Shown: piece by piece, positions 1 through 9,887 of the stretch
How the letters are laid out: every line of letters starts with the position of its first letter
Numbering within the stretch: position 1 is the first letter of the stretch
Virus record (IMG/VR): IMGVR_UViG_2061766007_000883
From: an uncultured virus (IMG/VR IMGVR_UViG_2061766007_000883)
Lineage: Duplodnaviria > Heunggongvirae > Uroviricota > Caudoviricetes
Strand: one strand, 5' to 3'
DNA length: 64,000 nucleotides
The notes under the pieces: generated by a model
Told to the model about the DNA's origin: nothing
Databases searched by the model: none
Seen by the model: only the letters and a program-made list of their open reading frames with translations
Translations under genes and position numbers: made by a program

Positions 1-1
1 C

Positions 2-280
2 CTGCCGCTCCTGCAGGCGGCGCTGGAGGCCTTCGAGGGGATGCTTCAGCTATACCGTACGGACAAGGACGTGCAGGCGGCCGTGCAGGAATACCCGATG
101 GCGCTTCCGCCCGCGCTTGAGGAGACCGTGGACTCCCTCAGGGTGCGCATCAAGGCCACCGAGCAGCTGATAGCGAAGGCGCAGGAGACTCCTGTGCAGG
201 ATGTGAAACCAAAAAGGAAAAAAAAAGGAGCAGTAAGACATGGCAGCCAGAAGACCGAAGATCTATTCCATCGACTTTGA
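2..280 (+). CDS. Partial hypothetical protein (5' truncated by window edge)
   Basis: Open frame from the window start to the stop at 280; helical/coiled-coil-like with a basic C-terminus. Confidence 0.55.
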   Translation: MPLLQAALEAFEGMLQLYRTDKDVQAAVQEYPMALPPALEETVDSLRVRIKATEQLIAKAQETPVQDVKPKRKKKGAVRHGSQKTEDLFHRL

Positions 281-1201
281 CAACACCATCGTCCGTGGAG
301 GGAAGTTCCCTGAGATAGGCGAGCCAGTGGAGNNNNNNNNNNNNNNNNNNNNNNNNNNNNNNNNGGAGACCAGTGGCTTCTGTGGACGAACCGCGAAGGG
401 GAGCCCTTGGCCATGGCGCTCAAATGGCTTGAGGAACATGGCCTGCATCCAACGGAGGTGAACGACAACCTTCCGCAGATGAAGGCGTTTTTCCACGGCA
501 ATCCGCGCAAGCCGTTCGCCAACGTATGCATCGACGACCTGAACGCGGGCGGCTTGTACCTCCCGCCGCTGGACGGCGGCATGGACTTCGGAAGCGCCAT
601 CCGCCATCTGAAGCTGGGGTTCAAGGTTGCGCGAAAAGACTGGCCAGGCACGTACATCTGGCTGTTGCCTGAGGCCCAGGTGCAGCGCGAGTGGTGCCGT
701 GACCGCTATCTGCTGGACGCAATGGGCACGTCGGACACGCTCAAGTGCAACGGCTGCATCCGCATGTACTGCGAGGACGGCTCCGTGACGTCCGGCTGGG
801 CTCCCTCGCAGCGGGACATGCTGGCGGAGGACTGGATGCTCGTGGAAGGCGCATCCAACATNNNNNNNNNNNNNNNNNNNNACGATTCCGGCAAGAACAC
901 CATCACGCCTCCGCCCGCCGACGACCGCACCACGAAGATGAACTGGAAGACGGCGCTTGTCGTCATGCAGGAAGGCGGCCATGTCCGATTGGCCGCATGG
1001 CCTCCTGACAAGTACCACTGCATGCTTCGCAAGGAAGGCGTCCCGCAGGGCGGATGCCTTGTCGACCAGCTGACGGCCGAGGCCACAGACCTCACGAAGG
1101 AAGGCGAGAAGACGCTGTGCTGTGTCATCAACGGTGTCGTGGTTCCCGGATGGAGCATGCTGAACGACCCGCTGGAGGTTGTCTGGCTGAGAGCCGACTG
1201 A
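240..1201 (+). CDS. HAD-superfamily hydrolase fused to two DUF2829 (Tad2-like) domains; joined across N-gaps
   Basis: HAD motif I 'SIDFDNTIV', motif II 'LWTNREG', motif III/IV 'RKPFANVCIDD'; then 'MDFGSAIRHLKLGFKVARKDW...GWAPSQRDMLAEDW' (DUF2829 signature) and a degenerate second copy 'MNWKTALVVMQEGGHVRLAAW...PGWSMLND'. Confidence 0.75.
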
Positions 1202-1341
1202 TGCTGTTTCATACTTGAAACACAGCCGGAGCCGCAAATGGGCGCCCGCGTACGCGCACGCATGTGCACACGCGAGGCGTCCTTTTCACGCTCTGTCATG
1301 GGTGAAGGGCGGACAGGGTTTTTCTTTTATGGAGCAGCAGA

Positions 1342-1572
1342 ATGAAAATAGACTGGACGGTGATTATCAAACTTGTCGTGACCGTGCTGGTGGGTGTCCT
1401 CGGATGGATTGCGTCGCAGACGCTCATCACCCTGACCAGCATCCGGACGGAGCTGAACAGCATAAAACTGGAGCTGGTGAAAGTGCAGGCATCCATGATG
1501 ACGGAGGACACCGTCAGGCTCATCACAAGGGACGAGCTGCACAGGGTGCAATCCCTCGAAATCTCCAAGTGA
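1342..1572 (+). CDS. Small membrane protein (one TM helix plus coiled coil; holin/antiholin-like)
   Basis: GGAG RBS upstream; hydrophobic 'VIIKLVVTVLVGVLGWIA' followed by a heptad-rich C-terminus. Confidence 0.6.
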   Translation: MKIDWTVIIKLVVTVLVGVLGWIASQTLITLTSIRTELNSIKLELVKVQASMMTEDTVRLITRDELHRVQSLEISK

Positions 1573-1577
1573 CGGAT

Positions 1578-1596
1578 TTTATACTCGGAGTATAAA
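1578..1596. promoter_or_regulatory. 19-bp palindromic site TTTATACTC-G-GAGTATAAA (copy 1 of 5)
   Basis: Perfect inverted repeat in AT-rich intergenic DNA; recurs at 9338, 21479, 45202 (inverted) and 50040. Confidence 0.8.
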
Positions 1597-1673
1597 TTTC
1601 AAAGCCGCGTATTGTATGGGAGAAGCCGGGCGTTCCGGCACGAACATCAAACCCATACAAGGAAACAACACAC

Positions 1674-1877
1674 ATGGCGAACCAGACAATCAAGTTCTAC
1701 GACATGAAGGCCAAGCATCCCGTCGAAATTCCTGCCAAGGACTGCGTGAAGACGAAGCATGTCAACGGTAACCGCACCACCTACGCGGTCACGGGCACGA
1801 GCAAGACCGGCACGAAGCTCCACAAGTTCGTGAAGGAAGCCGACTGGAAGGCTCTCGACTGCAAGGAAGGCAAGTAA
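1674..1877 (+). CDS. Small basic putative DNA-binding protein, CC1/DUF5679-like
   Basis: AAGGA RBS; 67 aa, Lys-rich; 'IKFYDMKAK...YAVTGTSKTGTKLHKF' recalls crenarchaeal chromatin protein CC1 ('LKFYDIKAK...FAVAKSPYTGIKVYR', from memory). Confidence 0.6.
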   Translation: MANQTIKFYDMKAKHPVEIPAKDCVKTKHVNGNRTTYAVTGTSKTGTKLHKFVKEADWKALDCKEGK

Positions 1878-1949
1878 GGCGAGTCGTAAGCCGTTTGAAC
1901 GCTGGCTGTCCTGTGAAACCGTCGTATTTACAACAAGGAGTATTCCTTC

Positions 1950-3214
1950 ATGGACATAATCAAGATAGCCAGCGTTGCGAAATTCGCAACCTTCATCAAA
2001 AGGGCTGACACGCCCGGCTACCAGCCTGGCGGCAACAAGCGGCCGACATACCAGGGCAGATACACGTCGGTGCCGGGCGGCGTTGTCAAATACCAGCCGA
2101 AAACCATCGGCTACCACAATNNNNNNNNNNNNNNNNNNNNNNNNNNNNNNNNNNNNNNNNNNNNNNNNNNNNGCAGGGCACCGCCATATCCAATCAGAAC
2201 AACATCACGCAGGTGCGCAACGAGGCGGCGGCCAAGGCCACGCGGAACACGGCCAAGCAGCAGAACGCCTCCCTGCCACGCGGCAATGTTTCGTGGAACC
2301 AGTACAAGGGACCGAACAACGAGCCTGACCGCAACAACATGGGCATCCAGCTCGGCCGCGTTGTGGACAACGCGGCGGCCAGCGCCCGCAGGAACGCCGC
2401 GAACAACTACAACGACGAGAAGATGCAGGCCAACCCGGAGTGGGGATGGATCGAACGCCTGACGTATAACCACGCGACGGGCGGCAACAACATGGCGTAT
2501 GTCACGTCGCAGAACCCCGACCAGAAAAGGCTCGACGGAGCCAACAAGGAAATCATGGTTGACATGCGTACGCCGGAGCAGCTGAAGAACGTGGCAAGGG
2601 GTGCTTTCCTTCCCGCCGTATGGGCTGGAGTAAAAGGTGCGTTCACTCGTGGAGTCACGGCAGAGGAAGCGTTCGACCAGCGTCTGCAGGAGGAGCTTGC
2701 CAAGGCAGGCGACAAATACAGGACGAAAATCCAGCAGTTCGGCGTGAATGTCAGCGAAGACGACAAGCCCGGCACAATGGGCAACGAACCAAACGCCATC
2801 TTCACGGACATTAATGGAAACGAACGCTACGGGTATATTCCAAAGAAGCATTACAGGGATGAGAACGGATACATCAATCCGACGTTCAACGATTACAATC
2901 ATGACGTGACGACACGCGGAGACGGCATCCTGCAGTATCTCGGAGTAGGCGCGTCTCCAAACGCACGCAACACGGACTTGCAGGCCAAGAGCCACACGTT
3001 GTTGAACGGCATAGCCGAAATGCGGTCCGACCCGAACATGTTCAACCAGTCCACGGGATGGTCCCAGCAGGCCATCGACGCTGTTGTCCGCAATCCTGAC
3101 TTCCAGTCCATCTACCAGGCGGCCATCGCCATGCCGAAGAACAGGAGCTTGGACGCCCGTCGTCTCGCCCAGTTGTTCCTCATGAACGGAGCCAGCCTGC
3201 TTTGGACAAAGTGA
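1950..3214 (+). CDS. Hypothetical, likely virion protein; joined across N-gap
   Basis: AAGGAG RBS; N-terminal KIAS/KRAD (K-x-A) motifs; Asn/Gln-rich ORF 2213..3214 continues after the gap. Confidence 0.6.
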
Positions 3215-3344
3215 CGCAAACCAGTATTTGGAAGGCCCGCAACGACATGCTGCGGGCCTTTCTGCGTATATGGTACAGGAAGGCTGCGGTTTCCAGCGCG
3301 AACTCTGCGCGACCGCAAGCCATGGCGTTCCATCAGGAGACAAG

Positions 3345-3578
3345 ATGTTCGTAAAACTGGACGATGTGTTCGAGTTCGGGGGACGGCAACTGCGTGTCAG
3401 ACGCGCCCCGAAGAAGGGCTGGCCATGCCAGATGTGCGCTTTGTCGGAGCACTGCAACGACAGCACCTACCAGGGAGAGGACTTCCCGCAGTGCCGTGGC
3501 ATGGACAGGGAGGACAAGATGTCCGTCGTGTTCGTGGACGTTCCCAAAGCGGAGCCACGGAAAGGAGGCCGCAGATGA
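3345..3578 (+). CDS. Small Cys-rich phage protein
   Basis: AGGAG RBS before ATG 3345; CxxC...C...C and 'REDKMSVVF' pattern. Confidence 0.6.
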   Translation: MFVKLDDVFEFGGRQLRVRRAPKKGWPCQMCALSEHCNDSTYQGEDFPQCRGMDREDKMSVVFVDVPKAEPRKGGRR

Positions 3579-4042
3579 TTAAGCGCTCCATATTGTCGGA
3601 CGGCAGGCCTCCGCGTGCCCCGTACACGGCGGATGAAATCGCGCAGGACCTGAAGGCGCACCAGAAGGCGGTCGGCAATCTGTTGTATGAACTGGCCGGC
3701 AGGCTGAGGAACAAGGCGCAGAACCATGACCGGACGCTCACGGAGCTGTTCAGCGACCTGCAGAAGGGCGTGAACGAAGTCCACAGGAACGGCGGCAGGG
3801 CGTACAGCTACATCCCTGCGGAGCACGCGAAAGCGGAGAAGCACCACTGGGACATGGAGTCGCCGGGGTCTCCCGACCTTGTCGACTTCCTTGAGTACCT
3901 GGTCGACCGCGCTGTCCGTGCGTACGCCAACGAGGGCGTCCCGCCTGAGACGCTGGTGATATCCGTCGAGGACTTGCAGCGGATGGTCATCAACACCACG
4001 CAGACGATAGACGAGATGGTGGAGGTGATGCAGGATGCCTGA
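3575..4042 (+). CDS. HD-like protein (DUF5662-like)
   Basis: AGGAGG RBS, ATGA overlap; H...HD...'EHAKAEKHHW'...'DLVDFLEYLVD' pattern. Confidence 0.5.
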   Translation: MIKRSILSDGRPPRAPYTADEIAQDLKAHQKAVGNLLYELAGRLRNKAQNHDRTLTELFSDLQKGVNEVHRNGGRAYSYIPAEHAKAEKHHWDMESPGSPDLVDFLEYLVDRAVRAYANEGVPPETLVISVEDLQRMVINTTQTIDEMVEVMQDA

Positions 4043-5354
4043 AGATGCGGAGACCACAGCACCCGCGACGCCGTTCAAGCCGAACGACGACGGGTTCGTG
4101 TTCCCGACATACGAGCCCACGCAGACGACGGACATCCATGTGAGGTACGATTTCAATTTCGGCGCGCGCATCCAGGTGGACAGGGACGCCCACGACCCGG
4201 TGCACATCGCGCTGTTCGACGCGGATACGGGCAACGTGCTCCACTCGTCGGTTGTCAAGCCGGGGTACGGCGTCGGCTGCTCCAAGAAATACTACATCAG
4301 ATACAGACTGGAGGCAAGGACGCCGAACGGCACGCTGCTCGACACGCACGAGATGTCGCTGGAGGGCAAGGACGTCCTTGTGCAGATGCCCTACAAGGGG
4401 GCGCTTGGAGACAGTATCGCGTGGTTCGCGGCGGCCGTGGCGTTCCAGCAGCGGATGAAGGCCAAGGTGCACATCCTGATGCCGCCTTTTGTGCAGGACA
4501 TCTTCCAGGCGCAGTACCCCGAACTGGTGTTCGAGACGCTGGAGTCGGCCAAGGCGGGGCGCTATTACGCCACGTACTACTTGGGATTGTACTTCCATGG
4601 AGACCTGGACTGGCAGCCGCACGACTTCCGCCTGCTGTCGCTTCCCGGAACAGCGGGCTCCATCCTCGGCATGGACGACTTCGAGCCAGTCCCTCCAAAG
4701 ACACGCGCCCGCACCAGCCCCGTCAAGGGGCGCTATGTCGTGGTGGCCACGCAGGCGAGCAACCACGCGAAGCACTGGTGCAACCCGCAGGGATGGCGGC
4801 TTGTCATCGCCAATCTGCTCGCAAGGGGATACAGAGTGCTGTGCATCGACCGCGACCACGAGGTTGGAGTGGACGACGTGTGGCACCACATGCCGTGGGG
4901 CGTGGAAGACTGGACAGGCAACCGTCCGCTGCAGGAGCGCGTGGACATCATTTCAGGCGCGGATTTCTTCATCGGGCTGTCCAGCGGACTGTCGTGGCTC
5001 GCCTGGTGCTGCCATGTGCCGGTTGTCCTCATCAGCGGCATCTGCATGCCGTTCGGAGAGTTCCAGACGCCCTACCGTGTCCAGAACCGCAACGTGTGCC
5101 ACGGCTGCTGGAACGACACGCGGCGGGAATTCAGCCACACGGACTTCATGTGGTGCCCCGTCCACAAGGGGACGCCAAGGGCGTACGAATGCACGAAGGC
5201 CATATCCGCCCGCATGGTGCTGAACGCCATCGAGCGTATTCCGGGCGTCCTTCCTGTCAACGCTGCGCCTTCAATGACGGCTAAACCGACGGATACAGGC
5301 GATGACACAGAAGATATGGCTAAACAGCGAAGGGAAAGTCCTGGTCAACAGTGA
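4035..5354 (+). CDS. aah: Autotransporter strand-loop-strand O-heptosyltransferase (Aah/TibC family)
   Basis: 'YDFNFGARI', 'GALGDSIAWF', 'YATYYLGLYF', 'ATQASNHAKHWCNPQGW', 'FFIGLSSGLSWLAW', and iron-finger Cys set 'CHGCWND...WCP.HKGT...ECT'. Confidence 0.92.
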   Translation: MPEDAETTAPATPFKPNDDGFVFPTYEPTQTTDIHVRYDFNFGARIQVDRDAHDPVHIALFDADTGNVLHSSVVKPGYGVGCSKKYYIRYRLEARTPNGTLLDTHEMSLEGKDVLVQMPYKGALGDSIAWFAAAVAFQQRMKAKVHILMPPFVQDIFQAQYPELVFETLESAKAGRYYATYYLGLYFHGDLDWQPHDFRLLSLPGTAGSILGMDDFEPVPPKTRARTSPVKGRYVVVATQASNHAKHWCNPQGWRLVIANLLARGYRVLCIDRDHEVGVDDVWHHMPWGVEDWTGNRPLQERVDIISGADFFIGLSSGLSWLAWCCHVPVVLISGICMPFGEFQTPYRVQNRNVCHGCWNDTRREFSHTDFMWCPVHKGTPRAYECTKAISARMVLNAIERIPGVLPVNAAPSMTAKPTDTGDDTEDMAKQRRESPGQQ

Positions 5355-8300
5355 CGGGAAACCCTACTACACGGAGGAGTGCTGCTGCCTCAGCTCGAAA
5401 TTGTTCTGCTGGGTGCAGTACGAGGCACGCTGCATCGACGCCGACGGATCGGACGTGTACGGGCAGTCGGGCACGCACAACTCCGACACGGAGCAATGGA
5501 CGCAGCCCTACAAGGTAGGGTGGAGCTGCGCGGCGGAATGGCCGACGAACCTCGGAGTCGTCAGCGAATGGACGCTGGCGGCCGCAGGCACGGCCAGAAT
5601 ATGGCTCAACGCGGGTTCCGACTGCGACTCGGCCACGTGCTCGGAAGCGACCGNNNNNNNNNNNNNNNNNNNNNNNNNNTTCCCTGCAGCTGCAATCCGA
5701 TATGGGGGAACGTGGCGTTCGAGCTTCCCTATTACGACTACGGAGTGACGACTATCAGCGGAGCTCCCGTATGGCAGGTCAACGGCCAGTCAGGCGCATC
5801 CCGCACACGCGTTGCTCGCAAGTATCTGGCCAACTACGGAACGGGGGATTTGCTCACACCCGCTGCGGCCCAGCACCCGTCCAGCAACTACGGGTCGTAC
5901 AAGGTCATGCAGGGAAACGGCTGGACGTTCTACGAGATTCCCGGCGCGGGCATATTCGTCCCGGCGGACGGCGGTAAGCTGTGGGTGGAGAACGGCACCA
6001 TCAAAAGTCTTGGCGAAGGCAACCTTCCCGTGTCCGTAGGACAGGCGTCATCCGCCTTCGTATCGTTTTTGTCCGTGTTCGAGCCGGGCTGGACGGCGGA
6101 TTTCGCGTCGAACAAATGGGGCGTCATCGAGATAGCCAAGCTGGACAACCGTGGCGCGGGCGAAATCAACATGAACTACGTCATGGAAGCCCGTGGCGGA
6201 TTTGTCGAGGCGTCGTCCGTCTATACGGAGCACGGCGTCCTTGGAGCGTCCATGGCGGGAGCCCCTATGTACCACTACAGATGCTACATCACGACGGTCG
6301 TACCCATTGCGGACATCAATTCAGGCAATCTGGCGTGGGCGCTTGGCCAGTCAAGCGCGGAGCATTCCCTTGCCACATGCTGGGCGCAGGCCGCCGCCCT
6401 TCAATGCGAGGAGTACAGGCATCTGTACATCGCGGCGGCGTGGGGGAACTGCCAGGACGACCCTGCCAAGCCTGTTCCGTTCAGTGTCAATTCCACCGGG
6501 AGCAACCTGTCCGGCGCGTTCTGCACGCCGCCGAACATGACGGCGTTCATGGCTCCCTGCGACGAGGCATACCCGCTGCCGTACTACGCCAACGGGAACA
6601 TGCCGTGGGACTGGCCGACAACGACCTACTGGCTGCATGAGGACGACGAGGCGGTAGGACCGGGCGGACAGCCCTTGGCGATTCCAGCCTTGCGCCGCGC
6701 CAACGTGTCCAGCGACGGCCACGCCTACAAGGTCATCCAGCTGTCCATCGACAATTATCCGTCGTGGTTCGTCAGCGACCTTTGCTCAGGCATTCCTGGC
6801 AACCCTGAGGTTCCCGCCCTGGATTTCTCGGACAGCGCGTACTACTGCAACCTGTGCGGAAGCGGAACATCCTGCCAATGGCCTCATCTGAGCGCCTCCT
6901 TGCCGGTCATGACGAAGTCCGACTCCTATCCGTCCTCGTGGGGGCCAGTATATGGCGTGTCGCCAATCGGTCTTGGCGGATCGTCCAAGGCGGACTGCGG
7001 CATCAACGAGCTCATGTGGCAGTCAGGTGGGCTCACGCCTGCAGTAAGCGGCAACACGACCACATGGATGGCCAATCTGGCATCCGTGTACGCGATGTCG
7101 GGATGCCCGGAATATGGCTGGTCAGTGTGGAAATGGGTGCGCAGCACCGTGAAGAAGGAGTGCCTGGCCACGTCAGGCTCCACGTCCAAGTGGCGTGACG
7201 ACGGACAGGACGTGAATGTGACCGTCGGGCCGCTGTACTATGTGGAGAACGCCGACGGATATTACGACACGCGCTACATAGGCGGAAACATGACCTGGCA
7301 GGGCAACGTGGTGACTCCTGCCAGCTGCGGAAGCGCCATACCGGGGCCTGTCAGCGTCTTCACGGGAAGCATCAGCGGGCAGGGCGCCATGCAGTCCAGC
7401 GGCAACTACAGGAGCCAGGTGACCGTGGAGGCCGGGCTGTTCATGTACCAGTATCCGCTGGCCGTCTGCAATGAGACCGACCATTTGAGGTACGACGTAG
7501 GCGGGCCTCCTCCGTACTCCCTGTCCTACTACATGTCCTGCATGCTTTCCGGCGGCAGTCCGTCAGAGTGCTGCGCCGGAAGCGCCAACAGCGACTGCGC
7601 CGAATACTACGAGCTGGGTTCGGGCACGGTCATCACGTTTGTCGCATCGGCTTCCATCATTGCGAGAAGCAACCGTGGACAGTCTGCGGTGAACGACGGC
7701 ACATGGGCGGAGTCCAACTACGGAAGCATAGACACATCGGAATGGCACAACACGTCCAACCAGGATTGGCCGTATACGGCCGTGGCCAATGTGACCGTCA
7801 GTGTCACGACGACATTGTCGTCAGACGTGACAATAGGGAACATGACGCTGGCAGCAAGCGGACTTGCGTCTGCCGCCATAGCGNNNNNNNNNNNNNNNNN
7901 NNNNNNNNNTACTCCCGTCTGGAAGTATGGGAGAACATGTTCGACGAAGCGACGACGACGCTCGTGTCCACGGCCGACAACAGTTACTGGGCGGTCGAAA
8001 GCGTCCTGCCGACAGGCTCCACGACCAGTTACATGCAATGGCTGTCCGCAGGGCTGTACCGGGAACGCAACGCCGCCGGATGCTACCAGTTCAAGCTCTA
8101 CGCGCCTGCCGGTTTCGTCATGCCAGGCATAGACCAGCACGAGGGTCCGACGGTTCCGGGGCTGTTCAGCCGTTCCCGTTACGGGACTTCGTGGTCCAAC
8201 TATTCGTATTGGAGCAAGTACGGAAGCAGCGGAGTGAACGCAGGCTCCAACAGTTATGTCTACTCCTATTATGAATACCAGGGGGACGACTACCAGTACG

Positions 8301-8617
8301 GTTCCTCAAGGTTCCCTATACCGTATTCAGATTATGTCTACCCGTTGTTCGACCCGATTGACATAGTGCGTTGTGGCTTGGATGCCGCCCAGTATTCGTG
8401 GACAAACCACTCGGTCTGCGAATCATCCAACGGCGCGAACGGAGCATGGGCACGATGCGTCGTGTCGTACAAGGCCAGCGGGAGCAACTATTCAACCAAC
8501 GCTGTGAACCCCATGGGGGAGCCTACGGAGATTTGGGATACATGGGACGTCGACTGCTACGCGGTGACAGAGGCGTCCGTGACGATTCAGCGTGTCGCAC
8601 CGCAGAATCCATGGTGA
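5302..8617 (+). CDS. Large Cys/Ser/Thr/Gly/Trp-rich protein (~1100 aa), putative tail fibre or receptor-binding appendage; joined across two N-gaps
   Basis: ORF pieces 5302-, 5379- and 7568- chain across the gaps with similar composition; N-terminal 'EECCC'; beta-rich, many Cys. Confidence 0.55.
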
Positions 8618-8621
8618 TGAT

Positions 8622-9335
8622 ATGGCATGTTCATGCAAAAACACGGGAACTGTGCGTTCCTACAAGGGTATGGTGCAGAACACCATCCCGCATTCGGTGC
8701 TTCCAGGCGAGTCCTGCATCTACTGCGCGGACAAGCATGTGTCCACGGCGTACGCCATGTGGTGCTCAGGGGACGCCCTGGGAGCTGTCATAGGCGAACT
8801 GGAGCTTGCTCGCCGGCACACCATACTGGAGTTCCCTACCGAGTCCCGGCAGATAGCGGAAGTCATCCTGATGGTCTCGGCAAGAGGAAAAACGGAGATT
8901 CCGGCCAGTCTTGAGGTTCTGCAGGACGAAATATCCAGGACGGCGGCATCCCAGGCGGACAAGGCTGACAAGGCGAGGGACGGTCAGGTGTGGAACCAGC
9001 CGTCGCGCCCTCATCAGTCCGTCAACATCCTCGTAGGCGAACTGCATGTCTGCGCCGCATGGCGTCTCGCGTCGGAGCTCGGCTACATGGTTCCCAATCG
9101 CGGGATGATAATCGGCGACCTGTCATTGGCCGCAGAACAGCTTGCACGGTACGACTACAATCTCGGAATACGTTTGCGGGACATGCGCCACAGGGTGCAG
9201 ACCACACGCGCCGCAGACCTTGACCGTTCATGGGCGGAGACATGGGAGATGACGGACGCCGTCGTGCGGCGTAATCTTAAGGAAATAAAGGAATCGCAGC
9301 TGAAAGGGTTCAAGGACTGGCTTGGACTTCAATAG
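8622..9335 (+). CDS. Hypothetical protein with internal two-fold helical repeat
   Basis: 'KHVSTAYAMW...VIGELELARRH' and 'LHVCAAWRLA...IIGDLSLAAEQ'; N-terminal 'MACSC'. Confidence 0.65.
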   Translation: MACSCKNTGTVRSYKGMVQNTIPHSVLPGESCIYCADKHVSTAYAMWCSGDALGAVIGELELARRHTILEFPTESRQIAEVILMVSARGKTEIPASLEVLQDEISRTAASQADKADKARDGQVWNQPSRPHQSVNILVGELHVCAAWRLASELGYMVPNRGMIIGDLSLAAEQLARYDYNLGIRLRDMRHRVQTTRAADLDRSWAETWEMTDAVVRRNLKEIKESQLKGFKDWLGLQ

Positions 9336-9337
9336 AA

Positions 9338-9356
9338 TTTATATTCGGAGTATAAA
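9338..9356. promoter_or_regulatory. Palindromic site copy 2 (TTTATATTCGGAGTATAAA), directly abutting ATG 9357
   Basis: One mismatch from copy 1; its GGAG could double as the RBS. Confidence 0.75.
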
Positions 9357-9863
9357 ATGGACGAAAACAAGATAAGGGCGAACGCCAACAGCACATGTCC
9401 CGCCATGGAGAAGCGCAACGGGAAGCTGCGCTGTCCGATATGCGGCGCGGAGGGCGTCATAGGACAGAACATCCAGCACAAGGACGGATGCAAGCTGGGC
9501 GAGGCCATCGAGGACGCGCTCTCCATGCTGGACAAGGGGCCGAAGGACATGGCCAAGGCCATCCAGGTGTCGCTCGCGTCCATCCCCGTGGAGACGCGCA
9601 TCAGGGCGGACGCCCTTGTGAACGTCATCCTGTGCGCCGACACTTTGCCGAAGCGCCAGGAGGCCATTGACGCGATGGCCAAGGCCTGTCCGGGAATCGA
9701 CAGGCGCCTTATCGAGAGCATGCGTTCGCAGCCCATCACGCCGAAGCAGACGCAGGTCATCCGGATGATGGCCATGTTCGAGCTCGGCATACAGGATAAG
9801 GAGCGGATGCTGCTGGAGCGGATGAAACAGCTGAAAGGCAATGTTACGTCCGCGCTTAAATGA
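9357..9863 (+). CDS. Hypothetical protein (N-terminal CPIC...H...C possible Zn site)
   Basis: ORF with genome-typical codon bias, immediately upstream of the putative portal. Confidence 0.7.
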   Translation: MDENKIRANANSTCPAMEKRNGKLRCPICGAEGVIGQNIQHKDGCKLGEAIEDALSMLDKGPKDMAKAIQVSLASIPVETRIRADALVNVILCADTLPKRQEAIDAMAKACPGIDRRLIESMRSQPITPKQTQVIRMMAMFELGIQDKERMLLERMKQLKGNVTSALK

Positions 9864-9887
9864 CAGACAACACCAGGGAGTCCTTGA

